Positions 7,873-20,100 of a stretch of DNA of 42,674 nucleotides are shown piece after piece. The stretch is taken from positions 1-42,674 of the IMG/VR virus record IMGVR_UViG_3300038674_000192; one strand, written 5' to 3'. The notes beneath the pieces were generated by a model. The model saw nothing but the letters and a program-made list of their open reading frames with translations, made no database searches and had not been told where the DNA came from. Position 1 is the stretch's first letter, and each line of letters opens with the position of its first letter. The position numbers and the translations under genes are program-made. The DNA comes from a virus. Its lineage: Duplodnaviria; Caudoviricetes.

Positions 7873-9410
7873 GCCGTCTTCGCCAGCAGTATCCGCACGC
7901 TTACTCGACTTCCGCGAACATCAATACGGAATTCGAGCACCTCTTCCGTTACATCAATTCTGCGGAGTTCGGCAATCACACCATCGCTGAACTTCTCGGG
8001 ACGTTGTTCGACGCCGAAGGCAATTTCGATGGTCCCATCGAAATGCGCTTTGATACTGTCGATGGCCTGGCTTATCGGATTGGCCAGTACGACGACGCTG
8101 AGAAGGGCTGGCTCAAGCTCGCCGCCGTTGAAGATGTGCGTGGTCCGTCTGGCCAGAACGTCGGCACTATTGAGGGGCCGTTTTTCTACGGCCGGGTGGA
8201 CATGGTTCCCCCCAATGGGGCGACCAGTGTGTCGTATACGTTCGACGCCGCTGTGGAAGATGTGGTGGTCTATCACAATGGTTTGATGCTGCCGGAGTCC
8301 AAATACACCGCCTCTGCGACCGACAGCCTCATCACCTTCTCCGATATCACGTTCAACGGCACCGACACTGTGACGGTTTACGCTGTGCGCGCACAGTCGG
8401 TGTCGAACTATCGGCGTATGGACTTTGTGGCCGCTGCTGGCCAGGCGCTGTTCCCGTTTCCGCACACTGTGGACGAGCGTCTGATGGTCCTGCGTAACGG
8501 CATCCTTCAGCGCTATGGCGGCAGCTACGACTACCTGAACGATCCTGGTTCTGGTTCGGTGGTGTTTACCGCTCCCTTGGCCAGTGGTGAGGGCGTGACC
8601 GTTCTGACCGTCGAGAACCTTGCGCAGAAGCGGGTCGCCGGTCTGATGTTCGAGGACGAGTACACCGACGCCCAGGGGTTCATCCGCTGGAACAAGTTGT
8701 CTGTGGCCGATGGGCAAATCCCCTCTGCCAAGGTTCTCGGCCTCGCCAATCTGATCAACCATGGGGCTAGGATCACCGTATCGGCAACGACTCCGGTCAA
8801 CCCCTCGGTCAACGATCTCTGGATCAACACGGCGGTTATGCCGAACCAGATGAACTTCTTCGACGGTACGCGCTTCATTCCGACCAGCCCGGAAAGCTCG
8901 CTGCCGCCGTTCCAGACTTCCAACGCCAATCAGTACCTGCGGGTCAACGGCACCGGCACGGCGATGGAGTGGGGTGCTATCGACTTCTCGGCGCTGATCC
9001 CGAAGACCTGGCGTGGCGCTGCGAATGGCGTGGCCAGTCTCGATGGCGAGGGGCGTATTCCGAATAACCAGCTGCCGGACATCTTCTCGACGAACATGAT
9101 CCCGTTCTGGCTGTCGAGCACGGTGTCCAACAGCACGTACCTGGTGCAGCGGCTCTACAAGACGACCGTTCGTATCGACGGCGTGACCGCCAAACTCGCG
9201 GCGGGAACTTGTAACCTCCAGTTGTCGGTCGATGGCGTGCCGGTCGGTACGTCGATTGCGGTGTCCACTACCGCCAACGACGTGACGCTGAACCCGGTGA
9301 TCGAGATCAACGGCAACAACTCGTCGCGACGCCTGGAGCTGGTCGTGACCTCGGCGAGCAGCGCCACTGGCCTTGAAGTCTCCTTGGCCATGGCGACGGT
9401 TTCGGCCTAA
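7869..9410 (+). CDS. Tail fibre / fibre-adaptor structural protein
   Basis: N-terminal INTEFEHL anchor; repeated V..NG beta-domains; DLWIN and AANGVASLDGEGRIP motifs typical of fibres. Confidence 0.65.
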   Translation: MSRLRQQYPHAYSTSANINTEFEHLFRYINSAEFGNHTIAELLGTLFDAEGNFDGPIEMRFDTVDGLAYRIGQYDDAEKGWLKLAAVEDVRGPSGQNVGTIEGPFFYGRVDMVPPNGATSVSYTFDAAVEDVVVYHNGLMLPESKYTASATDSLITFSDITFNGTDTVTVYAVRAQSVSNYRRMDFVAAAGQALFPFPHTVDERLMVLRNGILQRYGGSYDYLNDPGSGSVVFTAPLASGEGVTVLTVENLAQKRVAGLMFEDEYTDAQGFIRWNKLSVADGQIPSAKVLGLANLINHGARITVSATTPVNPSVNDLWINTAVMPNQMNFFDGTRFIPTSPESSLPPFQTSNANQYLRVNGTGTAMEWGAIDFSALIPKTWRGAANGVASLDGEGRIPNNQLPDIFSTNMIPFWLSSTVSNSTYLVQRLYKTTVRIDGVTAKLAAGTCNLQLSVDGVPVGTSIAVSTTANDVTLNPVIEINGNNSSRRLELVVTSASSATGLEVSLAMATVSA

Positions 9411-9429
9411 CGCAAGGGAGTGTGCTGAT

Positions 9430-10284
9430 ATGGGCAAGGGTATTTCTCGGGCGGCTCTGCCGTTGGCCCTCGCGGTTGTCGGCTCTGTGCTTGCCCCTGG
9501 CATCGGTACGGCTCTCGGCTCCGCCATCTCGGGGACGGCGGGCACGTCGCTGGGCGGCGCTCTTGGCGGTCTGGCCGAGGGTGTCAGTGCCGGGGCGCTC
9601 GGCGCTGGCATCGGCTCTGCGGCCGGTACGAAAATTCAGGGCGGGACGTGGGGGCAGTCGTTGCTTTCTGGTGTCGGTTCGTACCTTGGCTCCGAGCTGA
9701 TGGGCGGCGCGACTGGTGCGGAAGGCGCTGGTGGCGATGAGCTCTTCGATGTGTTTCCCAGCGCAGCCGACTATGGGGCGGCCACGGCTGGTCAGAGCAG
9801 TGGCTTGCTCGGGAGTTCGGTTGGCTCGATCATCCCGTCTTCGATTTCGAGCGTTCTTCCGAATGCGATCACTGACGCAGCGGCGACCACCACGCTCGGC
9901 AACATCCTGGGGTCCACGATCGGCAGCACGATTGGCGAAGGGGTGGGGACGATGATCGACCCGCCGATGCTGAACGGCGCGCAGGTGGACCTGGGTGGCA
10001 CGCAGGCGCAGTCGAATATTGGCAACGCCTGGCTGCCGGACCAGGGTTCGCCTATTGTCAATTCGCTCACCGAGGAGCAGGCCAAGGCGTCCAACAATCA
10101 GATTGGCTACAGCCAGACGCAGATTGGCTACAGCCAGACGGTTCCTGGTGGCGTCAACTACCTGATGCCGATTACCAACAAGGACACTGGTTCTGTTGAC
10201 TTTGGTTCGTTCTCGCCGACGAGCTATGGCAATCAGCAGACCCGCAATCGTCGTAACACCTGGGGCAGCTTGGCGATCTTCTAA
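9430..10284 (+). CDS. Gly-rich internal virion (ejection/pilot) protein
   Basis: Hydrophobic glycine-zipper N-terminus; located between tail and core genes. Confidence 0.6.
   Translation: MGKGISRAALPLALAVVGSVLAPGIGTALGSAISGTAGTSLGGALGGLAEGVSAGALGAGIGSAAGTKIQGGTWGQSLLSGVGSYLGSELMGGATGAEGAGGDELFDVFPSAADYGAATAGQSSGLLGSSVGSIIPSSISSVLPNAITDAAATTTLGNILGSTIGSTIGEGVGTMIDPPMLNGAQVDLGGTQAQSNIGNAWLPDQGSPIVNSLTEEQAKASNNQIGYSQTQIGYSQTVPGGVNYLMPITNKDTGSVDFGSFSPTSYGNQQTRNRRNTWGSLAIF
10099..10140 (+). repeat. Exact 21-bp tandem duplication (QIGYSQT x2)
   Basis: CAGATTGGCTACAGCCAGACG x2, in frame. Confidence 0.95.
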
Positions 10285-10285
10285 G

Positions 10286-10741
10286 ATGCAGACGATCCGC
10301 AAGATGACTGTGACCGATATTGTCCCCTGCATCCCGTTGGCCAAGCGGATGGCCAGCGAGGACTGGTACGAGGGGTATCCGTTTGAGTACGCCCGCACTT
10401 ATGCGGTGGGCGCGCTCTACTGTCAGGCGGATGAGAACTTCGCGATGGTGGCTGAGGAGGATGGCGAGATCATCGGCTTCTTCTTTGGCGAGTTGGTTGA
10501 GTACCCATTCTCCAGCAAGCAGGCCGCCCAGGAAATGGCGATGTATGTGGTGCCGGAGAAGCGTGGTGGGACGATCCCGTTGCGGTTCATGCGGGCGTTC
10601 GAGAAGTGGGCGCGGGACAATCACGCCTATGAGATCATGTTCTCGCCGTCCATGTCGCACCGGGATTGGCAGATGTTCGACAAGATGTGCCTGCGCCTTG
10701 GCTTCAGCCGTACCGGCGCTGTCTATCGGAGGAAGCTGTAA
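10286..10741 (+). CDS. GNAT-family acetyltransferase in the virion module
   Basis: IRKMT..D, VAEEDGEIIGF, YVVPEKRGG, RLGF motifs. Confidence 0.8.
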   Translation: MQTIRKMTVTDIVPCIPLAKRMASEDWYEGYPFEYARTYAVGALYCQADENFAMVAEEDGEIIGFFFGELVEYPFSSKQAAQEMAMYVVPEKRGGTIPLRFMRAFEKWARDNHAYEIMFSPSMSHRDWQMFDKMCLRLGFSRTGAVYRRKL

Positions 10742-11352
10742 TGGGTAAGAAGGCGAAGAATCAGAAAGCCCCGTCGTACACCTATGACGCCTACGACGAT
10801 CAGGGAAACATGCTGGGCAAAGCGACCTTCGGTGGCACGCTTTCGGATGGCTACGTCTACGACGCCTCTCCGGATGGCACTCGGGCGCGCTATGCCTACA
10901 TAAACGGGAAGCTGGTGCGCCAGGCCGGTAGCTACTACTACACCGATGACGGGCAGTCGATGTGGCTGACCGATAACCCGCAGACCGGGACGTCGATGAG
11001 CTTCGGTGATGGTGACAAGCGGTATGCCTACGATGGTCAGAAGTTCGTTGGTGCGGCCAACGGCATGGACTTTGGCACCGCTCTGCTGTTGTCCGTCATG
11101 ACCGGCAAGGCCCTGCCCCCGCCGCAGGCTGTTGGGAAGCTCGGTGGGACGCTCGGTGGGAATTCTTCCGGCGACCCCACTGGCGTCCTCGGTGGCACTG
11201 GCCAGGTGGATGTGGCGGCCATTCCGCAGGACGTGACGTTCCAGCTTCCGGTGTTGAACCGGGACGGGGCTACCTCGTATAATCCCGCTCACCAGTTGTC
11301 GTCGCGCCTGGACCGGCGCTCCGGCTGGGCTGGCAGCATTCTCGGAGTGTAA
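10741..11352 (+). CDS. Hypothetical internal virion protein
   Basis: TAATG coupling to the GNAT gene; Tyr/Gly/Asp-rich. Confidence 0.65.
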   Translation: MGKKAKNQKAPSYTYDAYDDQGNMLGKATFGGTLSDGYVYDASPDGTRARYAYINGKLVRQAGSYYYTDDGQSMWLTDNPQTGTSMSFGDGDKRYAYDGQKFVGAANGMDFGTALLLSVMTGKALPPPQAVGKLGGTLGGNSSGDPTGVLGGTGQVDVAAIPQDVTFQLPVLNRDGATSYNPAHQLSSRLDRRSGWAGSILGV

Positions 11353-11355
11353 TCC

Positions 11356-12153
11356 ATGGGATGGGGCAACATTCTCGGCACGACGATTGGGTCCGTGACT
11401 GGCGGTAACGCTGCTGGTCTTGGCACTCTTGGCAGCATGTTCGATCTGTACGGTACGTATTCTGCGCAGAACTCCGCCCGCCAGGATGCCAAGGACGCGT
11501 TGGCGCTTCAGCAGGCCATCGCCAAGAGCCAGATCGGCCTGGCCAACCAGGCGTATGCCGATGACAGTGCGGTGCGAAACCGGGTTCTGGATCGCTCCAA
11601 TGCGCTGGCCCAGGCTCTCGGAACTGCGTACCAGGGCATGGGGTCTGCGTACACCGTTACGCCGCAGGCAGTCGAAGCCGAGGCCGCCAATCGCTACGGC
11701 CTCTATGAACAGGCTGTGAACGACGCGTTTTCCAAGGCGGGCTCCCAGGGGATCGCCGACCGGATCAACAGCGGCATGGACATGTCCACCTACGACATCA
11801 TGTCGCGGGCGGAGCTGGGCGACCGGGCTTCGACGGCGTTGATGCAGGCGCGCCAGCAGGCGTACACCGATGCGCTGTCGTACATGACCGGCCTTCAGTC
11901 GGCTGATGCGGCTGGGCGCAACCAGACTTTCAACGAACTCAACACGGTCTACGGCACCCCGGCGACGCTCGATGCGTCTGTCTACGGTGGCGGCGCTCAG
12001 GGCATCAACTACAGCAAGCTCGGGATGACCAATTCGGCGTCCCTGTCGCAGCTGCTGAACAGCAATGCCAACAAGCTGGATACGTCGCTCGGCACCCAGC
12101 TTGAAGACTTCAAGGACAAGTACCTGCCGAACCTCATCAACATGCTGAAGTGA
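11356..12153 (+). CDS. Internal virion/ejection protein
   Basis: Gly-rich N-terminus followed by an Ala/Gln-rich helical body. Confidence 0.65.
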   Translation: MGWGNILGTTIGSVTGGNAAGLGTLGSMFDLYGTYSAQNSARQDAKDALALQQAIAKSQIGLANQAYADDSAVRNRVLDRSNALAQALGTAYQGMGSAYTVTPQAVEAEAANRYGLYEQAVNDAFSKAGSQGIADRINSGMDMSTYDIMSRAELGDRASTALMQARQQAYTDALSYMTGLQSADAAGRNQTFNELNTVYGTPATLDASVYGGGAQGINYSKLGMTNSASLSQLLNSNANKLDTSLGTQLEDFKDKYLPNLINMLK

Positions 12154-12162
12154 GGCTGAACC

Positions 12163-14007
12163 ATGGGGCTCGCTGATCTCTACGCCGGAATGGGCGGCAT
12201 CACGGATGGCATGCAGGTGTCGGAAGACCGGCAGGCCTCGACGCGCCTGAAGAACATGCAGGCGATGCAGACCTACATGGCGATGTTCCCGGATGCCACG
12301 CCGGATCAGTTCTACGCCTACGTGGACAAGGTGGCCGGTGGCGACAATTGGGAGCGTGGGCAGCTGCCGACGCAGGAGATTTTCCAGAGTTTCGCGGATG
12401 CGCAGGAGCGTCGGCGCGTCAAGGAGAAACTTCTGGCGACCCAGGAAGACATCAAGACCCAGCTTCAGAAGGAAAGCCTGTTTACCAATTCGGCGCTGAA
12501 GGCGGCGGAGTTCGCGGCCAACCCGGATGAGTACCGGGATATGCTGCTGGCCTCGGTCGGCCCGGAGCTGGCTGACGAAGCGCGCAAGCGCCTGGACATC
12601 AACGGGGCGGCCAACGACTACAACATGATGCGCGACCACCTGGCCAACAAGTACGCCAAGGAACTCTCTGACATGGGTGTCCATGACGCCGCTGGTGTGC
12701 AGGCGTTTCTTGGCCCGGCGCGCAAGGGCCTGTCTGGCAAGGTGACGCAGCTGGTGGAGAGTGCGTACCAGGACAAGGCATTCCAGATGATGCTCCAGGA
12801 GCGCAATTCGATGATGACCTTCATGAGGGAGGTCGATCCGCGCAGCAACCCGATTGTTGCCCAGGCGTTGATCCAGGGGCAGGACATCGAGCAGACGATT
12901 GCCCCGATGGCCAAGCTCTACCGGATGAGCGACGCCCAGGTTAAGGAGGTCGCGGATTTCGTGAAGTCGCAGACCGAGGCGATCAACCGGGTGGCAGCGG
13001 TCAAGACCGGCGATGCGGTGGCGGGCGATCTGGCGAAGATCTTCACCGACAACATCGAGAAGTACAACAAACTCGCTCAGTCTACGTTTGCTACTGACAG
13101 CGTGTGGACTGGTGCGGGCCTGTCCAAGTCGCAGTTGGGTGCGGCAAAGGTTCTCGGCAACAAGCTGATCACCGATGGCTACGCGATCCAAGACCCGATG
13201 ATGGCGGTCGGCGCTGTCAAGATGGCCATTGAAGGTAAGATCGGCAAGGACAGCGCGTCGATTGCCAGCGCTGCCGGGTTGCGCAAAGCTGATCCGTTGG
13301 CCATCCAGCAGATGGCCAAGGACACTGCGGCGGCCAAGTACACCCCGCGCCCCTATGAGATGTTCCGAATGAAGCTCAATGATGCGGCGACGAATGCGGA
13401 TGCCGCGCTGATGGACGCGAACAATCTCTTCGCCGATGGGGCGCTGCCTGATGAGGCGCAGTTCAAGCTGTCGCTCGGGAAGGCGCAGCGTCAGGTTGAC
13501 ACGATGCTGACCGACGTGGCGATGCTGACCAACCATCCGGAAATCGCAACTGATGAAAAGGCGGCCGATGTTCGTCTGATGTTGGACCGCGCCAACAATC
13601 TCCAGGCGCAGATCAATATGCAGGTCAATGAGTATCAGCGGCGCAAGGCGATTGGTGGCAAGCCGAAGACCCCCACCAACAGCGGCATGACCTTGGACGA
13701 CGGCCAGGCGATTGCCAATCAGCAGACGGCGGCAGCGCAGCAGGCGAAGCAAGACCTTGGGAATGCCCAGGGTGAACTTCTGTCCTTCTTGCAGGACGCG
13801 CAGCAGCGTGGCGCGTGGGCGTGGAACGATGACGTGCTTTATGGCGTGATCAATACCACGGCCAATGACATTGTGGCCCGCTACCCTGGCTCCGGGCTGA
13901 CTCCGCAGCTGGTGCGCGAGTACCTGACCAAGCAGCTTCGGTTGATGCGGATGACCCAGGGCAATCCGCCCGGCCAGACGCGGGTACTCCAGCCCCGTCG
14001 CAGGTAA
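12163..14007 (+). CDS. Internal virion protein (T7 gp15-like position)
   Basis: 614-aa helical Ala/Gln-rich protein preceding the giant core protein. Confidence 0.6.
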   Translation: MGLADLYAGMGGITDGMQVSEDRQASTRLKNMQAMQTYMAMFPDATPDQFYAYVDKVAGGDNWERGQLPTQEIFQSFADAQERRRVKEKLLATQEDIKTQLQKESLFTNSALKAAEFAANPDEYRDMLLASVGPELADEARKRLDINGAANDYNMMRDHLANKYAKELSDMGVHDAAGVQAFLGPARKGLSGKVTQLVESAYQDKAFQMMLQERNSMMTFMREVDPRSNPIVAQALIQGQDIEQTIAPMAKLYRMSDAQVKEVADFVKSQTEAINRVAAVKTGDAVAGDLAKIFTDNIEKYNKLAQSTFATDSVWTGAGLSKSQLGAAKVLGNKLITDGYAIQDPMMAVGAVKMAIEGKIGKDSASIASAAGLRKADPLAIQQMAKDTAAAKYTPRPYEMFRMKLNDAATNADAALMDANNLFADGALPDEAQFKLSLGKAQRQVDTMLTDVAMLTNHPEIATDEKAADVRLMLDRANNLQAQINMQVNEYQRRKAIGGKPKTPTNSGMTLDDGQAIANQQTAAAQQAKQDLGNAQGELLSFLQDAQQRGAWAWNDDVLYGVINTTANDIVARYPGSGLTPQLVREYLTKQLRLMRMTQGNPPGQTRVLQPRRR

Positions 14008-14024
14008 TCCTTATAAGAACCTCC

Positions 14025-14088
14025 TGGACATGAAGTATACGTGAGGACATAATGGCCACGGTGGCAATACCACCGTGGCCTTCTTCTT
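14025..14088 (+). promoter_or_regulatory. Sigma70-like promoter abutting a terminator hairpin upstream of the giant gene
   Basis: TGGACA(14025)-17 bp-CATAAT(14048), then GGCCACGGTGG-CAATA-CCACCGTGGCC-TTCTTCTT. Confidence 0.55.
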
Positions 14089-14109
14089 GCGGAAACTGGA
14101 GTACCGCTT

Positions 14110-17100
14110 ATGGCTGATAATACCGGCATGCTCGGCGCTGCGCCGCTGTCCACTGCTTCCGAGGAAACCCGGTCTTTCCTCAATGCGCCAGCCCCCGCTC
14201 AGTCGTTTGGGTACGCCGATAATCCTGGCGTTCATACCCTTTCCGACGCCGGGTTCCTCTCCGATCTCCGCGAATACTACAAGGGTCGAGACAACAAGTC
14301 CTTCCTTAGCGACGAGGAAGCGCTCGACTATTACTACAATGACCGCAACTGGCGTAACCTGAACACCGTGTCCATGACCAAGGACATGGCCAACAGCTTC
14401 TCCGACAGCCCGCGTCAGCGCGAACTCCTTGCTAAGCTCGAAAAAGTTTACCAGGCCCTGCCGTCCTTCTACGAAGAAGAGGGACGCGGTATGAAGGCGC
14501 TCGGCGACATTGCCCCGGCGGTACTGGCCGACCCGCTCAATCTGGTCGGTTTTGGCTCTGCGGGCGCAGCGACCAAGGCTGCGATGATGGCGGGCAAGGG
14601 TGTTGCTGGTACGGCGGTGCGCGCTGCCGCCTCCGGTGCCCTGCGTGAAGGCGCTGCCAACGCGCTGGTGTCTGGTGTCCAGTCCGGCATTGAGCAGGAG
14701 CGCGATATCGGCCTTGGCCTTCAGGGCGAGTTCTCCGGATGGCAGATGGCCATTGATACGCTGGCGGGTGGCATTCTCGGCGGCCTGATGGGCGGTGTGT
14801 TCGCGGGCGGCGGCGGCATCTATAATTTCCTGAAGGAGCGTAAGGCGCTTGCGTCGTGGCCGGATGTCCGGGCGATGTTGATCCAGCGCCTGATGGAAGA
14901 CACCAATCTCTCGGCGGCACAGAAAAAGGAAATGGTGTCCTCGATCCGTGACATGGATACCATGTATACGGCCCAGGACATGGGGTCCGAGGAGACGCTG
15001 AAGGCCCCCGGCGAAGCGCTGGCGGGCGAGATCAACGCGAAGGCCCAGGCCAAGGCGCGCGCCGCTGACTTCGCCAATGGTCCCGAGGAGCCCGAGCTTG
15101 ACCTCCGTGGCGGGGCCGGTGAGAAGCCGACCGTCGATGACTACCAGGTGCGGATTGATACTTCTCTGTCGTTTCTCAAGAAAGAGATCGACCGGGTTCT
15201 TTCCAAGACCGATGCGTCCGGGACGCTGAGCCCGGAGAACCAGGCCGAGCTGGTCGAGCTGACCCAGCGACACGCCACGATGGAGCGGCTGGCCAACTTC
15301 GACCAGGAGATGGCTGGCCTCGACGCTGCGATGGCCGAGGCGACCGGACCTGGCGAGGAGGCCGCCAAAAAGCGCACGCAGATCATGCTTGAGCAGCGGC
15401 GTCTGGTGGCTCTGCGCGAGCGGATGCTGACCGCCGCCAAGTCGGGCCAGGGCGATCTGGACGCGTTCGTCGGCGAGTTGCCCCTTGGCATGCCCGGTGA
15501 GGCCAAAGCTGAGGCCCCGCAGCCGAAGGCCAGCGAAGTCACCCCCGAGCCTGCTCCGAAAACGCAGGAGCCGGAGGCCGCCGCCCCCGCCCCTGAACCT
15601 GTCGCCGAACCCGCGCCCGAGGCCCCCGTCGTCGAAGCCGCCCCGGCCGAGCCTGCCACTCCGACCGCTGCCCTGGCCGGGCATGCGGCTGGGGTGAAGG
15701 CGCTTGTCGATATGGGGTACGACGAACCTGCCGCCAAGAAAGCCGTGCGTGCCATGCGCAAGGGCAAGAAGGGCGCTGAAGCCGACCAGGCGATGAACCA
15801 GGCCATCTCCGACCTCGGTAAGCGGGAGGCCATTGGCGATCAGCTGGACAAGGTTCTGGATCAGCTGTCCACCCACGTTGGCGAAGACGCGCTCCTCAAC
15901 GAAGACTTCGTGATCCAGGTTCTGTCCGGCCTCGACAATGGCAAGGACATGATCGCGCTGTATCGTGCCTCGCGTAAGGCCGCGATGGAAGCCGAGCCGC
16001 AGAGTGTCGACAGCGTGATTGACGACTTCATGCGCCGCAACGGCATCAAGCCGCTGGAGGAGTCGAGGGAGGAGGACACTGACCCGATCCTGCGTGCGAT
16101 CCAGGCCGCGCAAAAGAAGCAGAGGGCCCAGCAGCGGGCGATCCAGGAGAACCGCTTCCTGAAGGGTGCCGAGGCGATCTTCGCTGGGCGTCGCTATAAG
16201 GCTGCGCTGTCGCCGGAGGACTATGCGGCCCTGGTCAATGAGGGCCGGGTTGCGGCGCTGCGCTTCGAGAAGCAGGGCGTCGCGATTTCCGATAAGTCGC
16301 GTCTGGCCCTGGTCGAGCAGTTCATGGACGAACGCTTGAACTTCTACAAGGAGCGTGCGGCGAAGCGCGCCAATGACACCGGGCCGCTGCGTAAGGGCGG
16401 GACCGAGCCGAGCCGCGCTGGCCAGGACGTTCCGGACGCCGATGACCCGAATGCGCTCCGTAATCCCGACCGCCTGCCCAAGTCTGTCGGCCGTCTCCAG
16501 AACATCCTTCGCAAGTGGGGTCCGATTGGCGGCGTCTCGCAGAACGTCTCGCCGTCCGAGTTCGGCAACCTTGGCCAGATCAGGGCTGAAGCGAACCTGA
16601 AGAAGTTGCGTTACGGTGGTAAGCCGATCTCGCCGATGAAGTTTGTCACGGACAAGCGCATCGAGACGGCTGACGGCAAGACCCTCTCGCGTGGCGCGAC
16701 GGTCTGGTACGACCCGCAGTCGGACAAGGTGTACGCCAACTCCGCCGCCATCTTCGGGCCGCGCGCCGAAGCCGCCCGTGTTGCCCGGAACACTTCGGCT
16801 GGGACGACCCCTGCGGCAACGGCCCCCTCGGCTGGAACCCCTGCGGCAACGGTTCCCCCGGCTGCTCAGTCTCCGAAGCTGTCGGCGGCTGCCGATGCTC
16901 TGCGTCAGCTTGGTTTGAGCGACGCGCAGATTGCGGCTGCGGTCAAGGCGCTCAGCGCTATTGAGCCGGAGGCCGCTGCCGCTCCGGTCAAGGAGGCCGC
17001 TGCCGCTCCGGTCAAGGGGACCCCTGTGCCCGTGCCGGAGGGTCGCCGTCTGGCGATCCGCAACAAGGACACGGGTGCGGTCCGCATTATGTCCGATGGC

Positions 17101-20100
17101 CAGCTGCGTTCCGGTAGTGGGCCGGAAGCGATGATGGGGAAGTGGCCCGCCGACAACGTGGAAGTTGGCCACGTCGCCGAGGGGCTGCGGAGTGACGGCC
17201 CGGCGTCGCGTGAGAGCTTCCGTCTTATCGGCGATGAAGCCCCGGCCAAGCCCGCTCCGGATACGCCGCCCCGCGAGCTGCCGTCGTTTGCCTCGATCCA
17301 GCACGAGCCGGTCGTGGTGGATGGCGTCAGCATGCCGCTGATGTCGGCGATTGCCGAACGCTTCAACCTTCTGGCCAGCACGCCGCGCACTGTCGCGGAC
17401 ATAAACAAGGTCATCGACCGCTTGCGGAAGCTCGATGCGGCGATCCCGGCGTTCCGTCGCCCGACCCAGGAAGTATCGGCCGCGCGTCAGCAGTTGGTTG
17501 ATATCTTCATGCGTATCGACCCGGATGAGGCGGCGGCTGCCGTGGACTTCCTGCGCCGCACCGGGGCGAATGAGGCGGCCCCGATTTTTGGGACGCAGAC
17601 CAACCATGGATCGGTCGGGTCGTTCATCGTCGACCCTAATTCCCCGGCGTTCAACCAGATCAACATCTCGCAAAACGCCTACAGCAACAAGCTGATGCCG
17701 CCGTGGAGCCCGTCCGTCTCGACGCTGCATCACGAGTACGGCCATTGGGCGTTTGAGAACGTCCTGACGACTGAAGACCGGATCAAGTTCCTTGAAGCGA
17801 TCCGCGACAACTACGGTCGTGCGGACGGCAGCATCGACCTTGAAGCGATGCGCGGCAATCTGGCCAAGAAGATCAACGACACGTCCATGCGTAATGCCAG
17901 CGACAGGTACCTGTCTCCGCATGAGTTCTTTGCCAACCAGTTCCAGCAGTGGATGGTGTCCAGCAAGCAGATGCCGGGGGCCGAGACGCTGTTCGAGAAG
18001 ATCGCGCAGTTCCTCAATGGGTTGTTCCGCAGGTTCTTCGACAACGGGCTGGTGGACAAGGAGTTCGATGACATCTTCAAGAAGCTCCTGCCGGAGCCGG
18101 TGGCGGATGCCATCGACATCAATGGCGGGAAACTTCCGAGCAGTGCCGAAGGGAAGGCGCTCTACCAGACCTACTCGCGCCTGGACAATGGCCGTGTCGA
18201 GTTCGAGAAGACCATGAACCTTTATGACCCTGGCCTTTTGGCCGAACGGGGCATCGCGTTCCTGCGCGATCTTACGGCCATGCGCCGCGACCTGGGGGCC
18301 GCGTTTACCCAGGAAGTCGATCAGGGTTTGGCGCGTGCGGCCAACGTCCTGCGCCAGTACCGTGAGGGTACGGTGAATGCGGACCCGCGCATCACGAACG
18401 CCCGCAAGCTGCTTGATGGCATGGCCGTCACCAAAGAACACGAGGATATGGCCGCTCGGCTGATGGACGATTTCCTCTCCGACCCGGATAGCTTCGTCTC
18501 CATTGGCGATGAGGTCGCCCTCGACGGTGAGGCGGTCAAGGTGACGCGGGAAAATCTGCGTCGGGTTGCCAATGAAACGGACTACACGGTGGTTCCGGCC
18601 GAAGTGCAGACGCTGCTCTGGTCGCAGATCGGGGGGGCCGAGTTCCCGTTCAATGTGCTGAGGGCGGGCCAGGATATTCTGGCCGCCGTCAACACCATGA
18701 AGACTCACCTCAAGGACGGGTTCCGTCTGGTCGAGAACGCGAACCCGGTCAACCCCGAGAACCCGATTGGGATGTTCGAGTTGCCGCATGGCACCGAGGA
18801 CAAGGCACCCTACCTGGTGCGTCGCTACAGCGATCTCAACTACATCATGGAGCGGCTTGACGGCATCCTTGAAAACCCGGATGTGATGGCCACCCATGCC
18901 CTGGTCGAACTGGCCAACATGATGAACGGCATCTCTGGTGTCGTCGTGGCTGGCGTCAAGAAGTCCTACATTGCGGGTGGCCTGCGCCAGCTGCGGAAGG
19001 GCAACTTCAAGGTGGTGGAGCGGGCCGCCCAGGACGTTCGCCGGGTGTATGACCTTCTGTCGGACATCGCTCCTGACTGGAAGCCCGGTGACTCCGCCGA
19101 TGGCCTGTCCGCCGTGACCACCCTGGATGCGTTGGCCCCGGAGCAGCGAGCCGAGTTCGATGATGTGGTGAAGTCGCTGCGTCAGTCTGCGAGTGATCTC
19201 CAGGAGCGTATCCCGTCTGTGTGGAAGCAGGCCAATCGTTTGAGCGGGTCGGCGCTGGCGAAGCGCTATGCCGCCGCTTCGGTCGCGCAGAAGAAGAAGG
19301 CGATGAAGACCGAGCGCGTGCATCGCAAGGCCGAGGCCACGGTCAAGACGCCGAAGAACGAAGCCCCGCCGAAGCGCGAGGGCCGCGCTCCGCGCTCGAC
19401 CGATGCCGCGCCGATGCAGATGAGCGACGACAATCTGATTGAAGAACTGATGCGGGTGTCTACGAAGACCGACCGTGGCCGCCAGCTGGCCTTCGAGTTG
19501 GTGCGTCGTAAGAACGCGATCCCTGGGTTTGACCCTGAGACTGCCGTGGCCAATGTGCCGCCCGAGTACCTGATGTTGCGTGGCAAGGACCTCCAGGCCA
19601 AGTACGTCGAGGCGATGAACAACGGCGACGAGGCCACGCTTGCCGGTCTGCGCGGCGAAGTGCTGCGCCGTGCGCTGAAGCGTGAAGGCGTGATTGGCCT
19701 GGCGACCAACACGACCAAGCGCGTCGGCGATGCGATCCTTCGGGAAACCACCGAGAACGGTGGTGTTGCCATGTTCGATGGCATCCCGCGCAAGGCCCCG
19801 GCTTTCGTGCGCGAAATCCTGATGAACATGACGCACCGCGACCCGGTGAAAATGAGCGCCTTCCGGACCATCGTCTATCGCGCTCTGAGCCTGTCCGGCA
19901 TCGGCCGCGAACAGCCGATGACCTACGGCATGCTCTACAAGATGGTCGGAAATCCGTTGCCGCCGCAGCTGGCCAGCGGGGATGTCGCCGCTGATCTTTC
20001 CGACCCGGCGTTCAACGCCCTGCGTACCCATCTGCGCAAGGTGGTGAGTGGCATTGACGACGCCAACAGCGTGAAGATGTCGGTGTCTTCGCTTGCCGAA

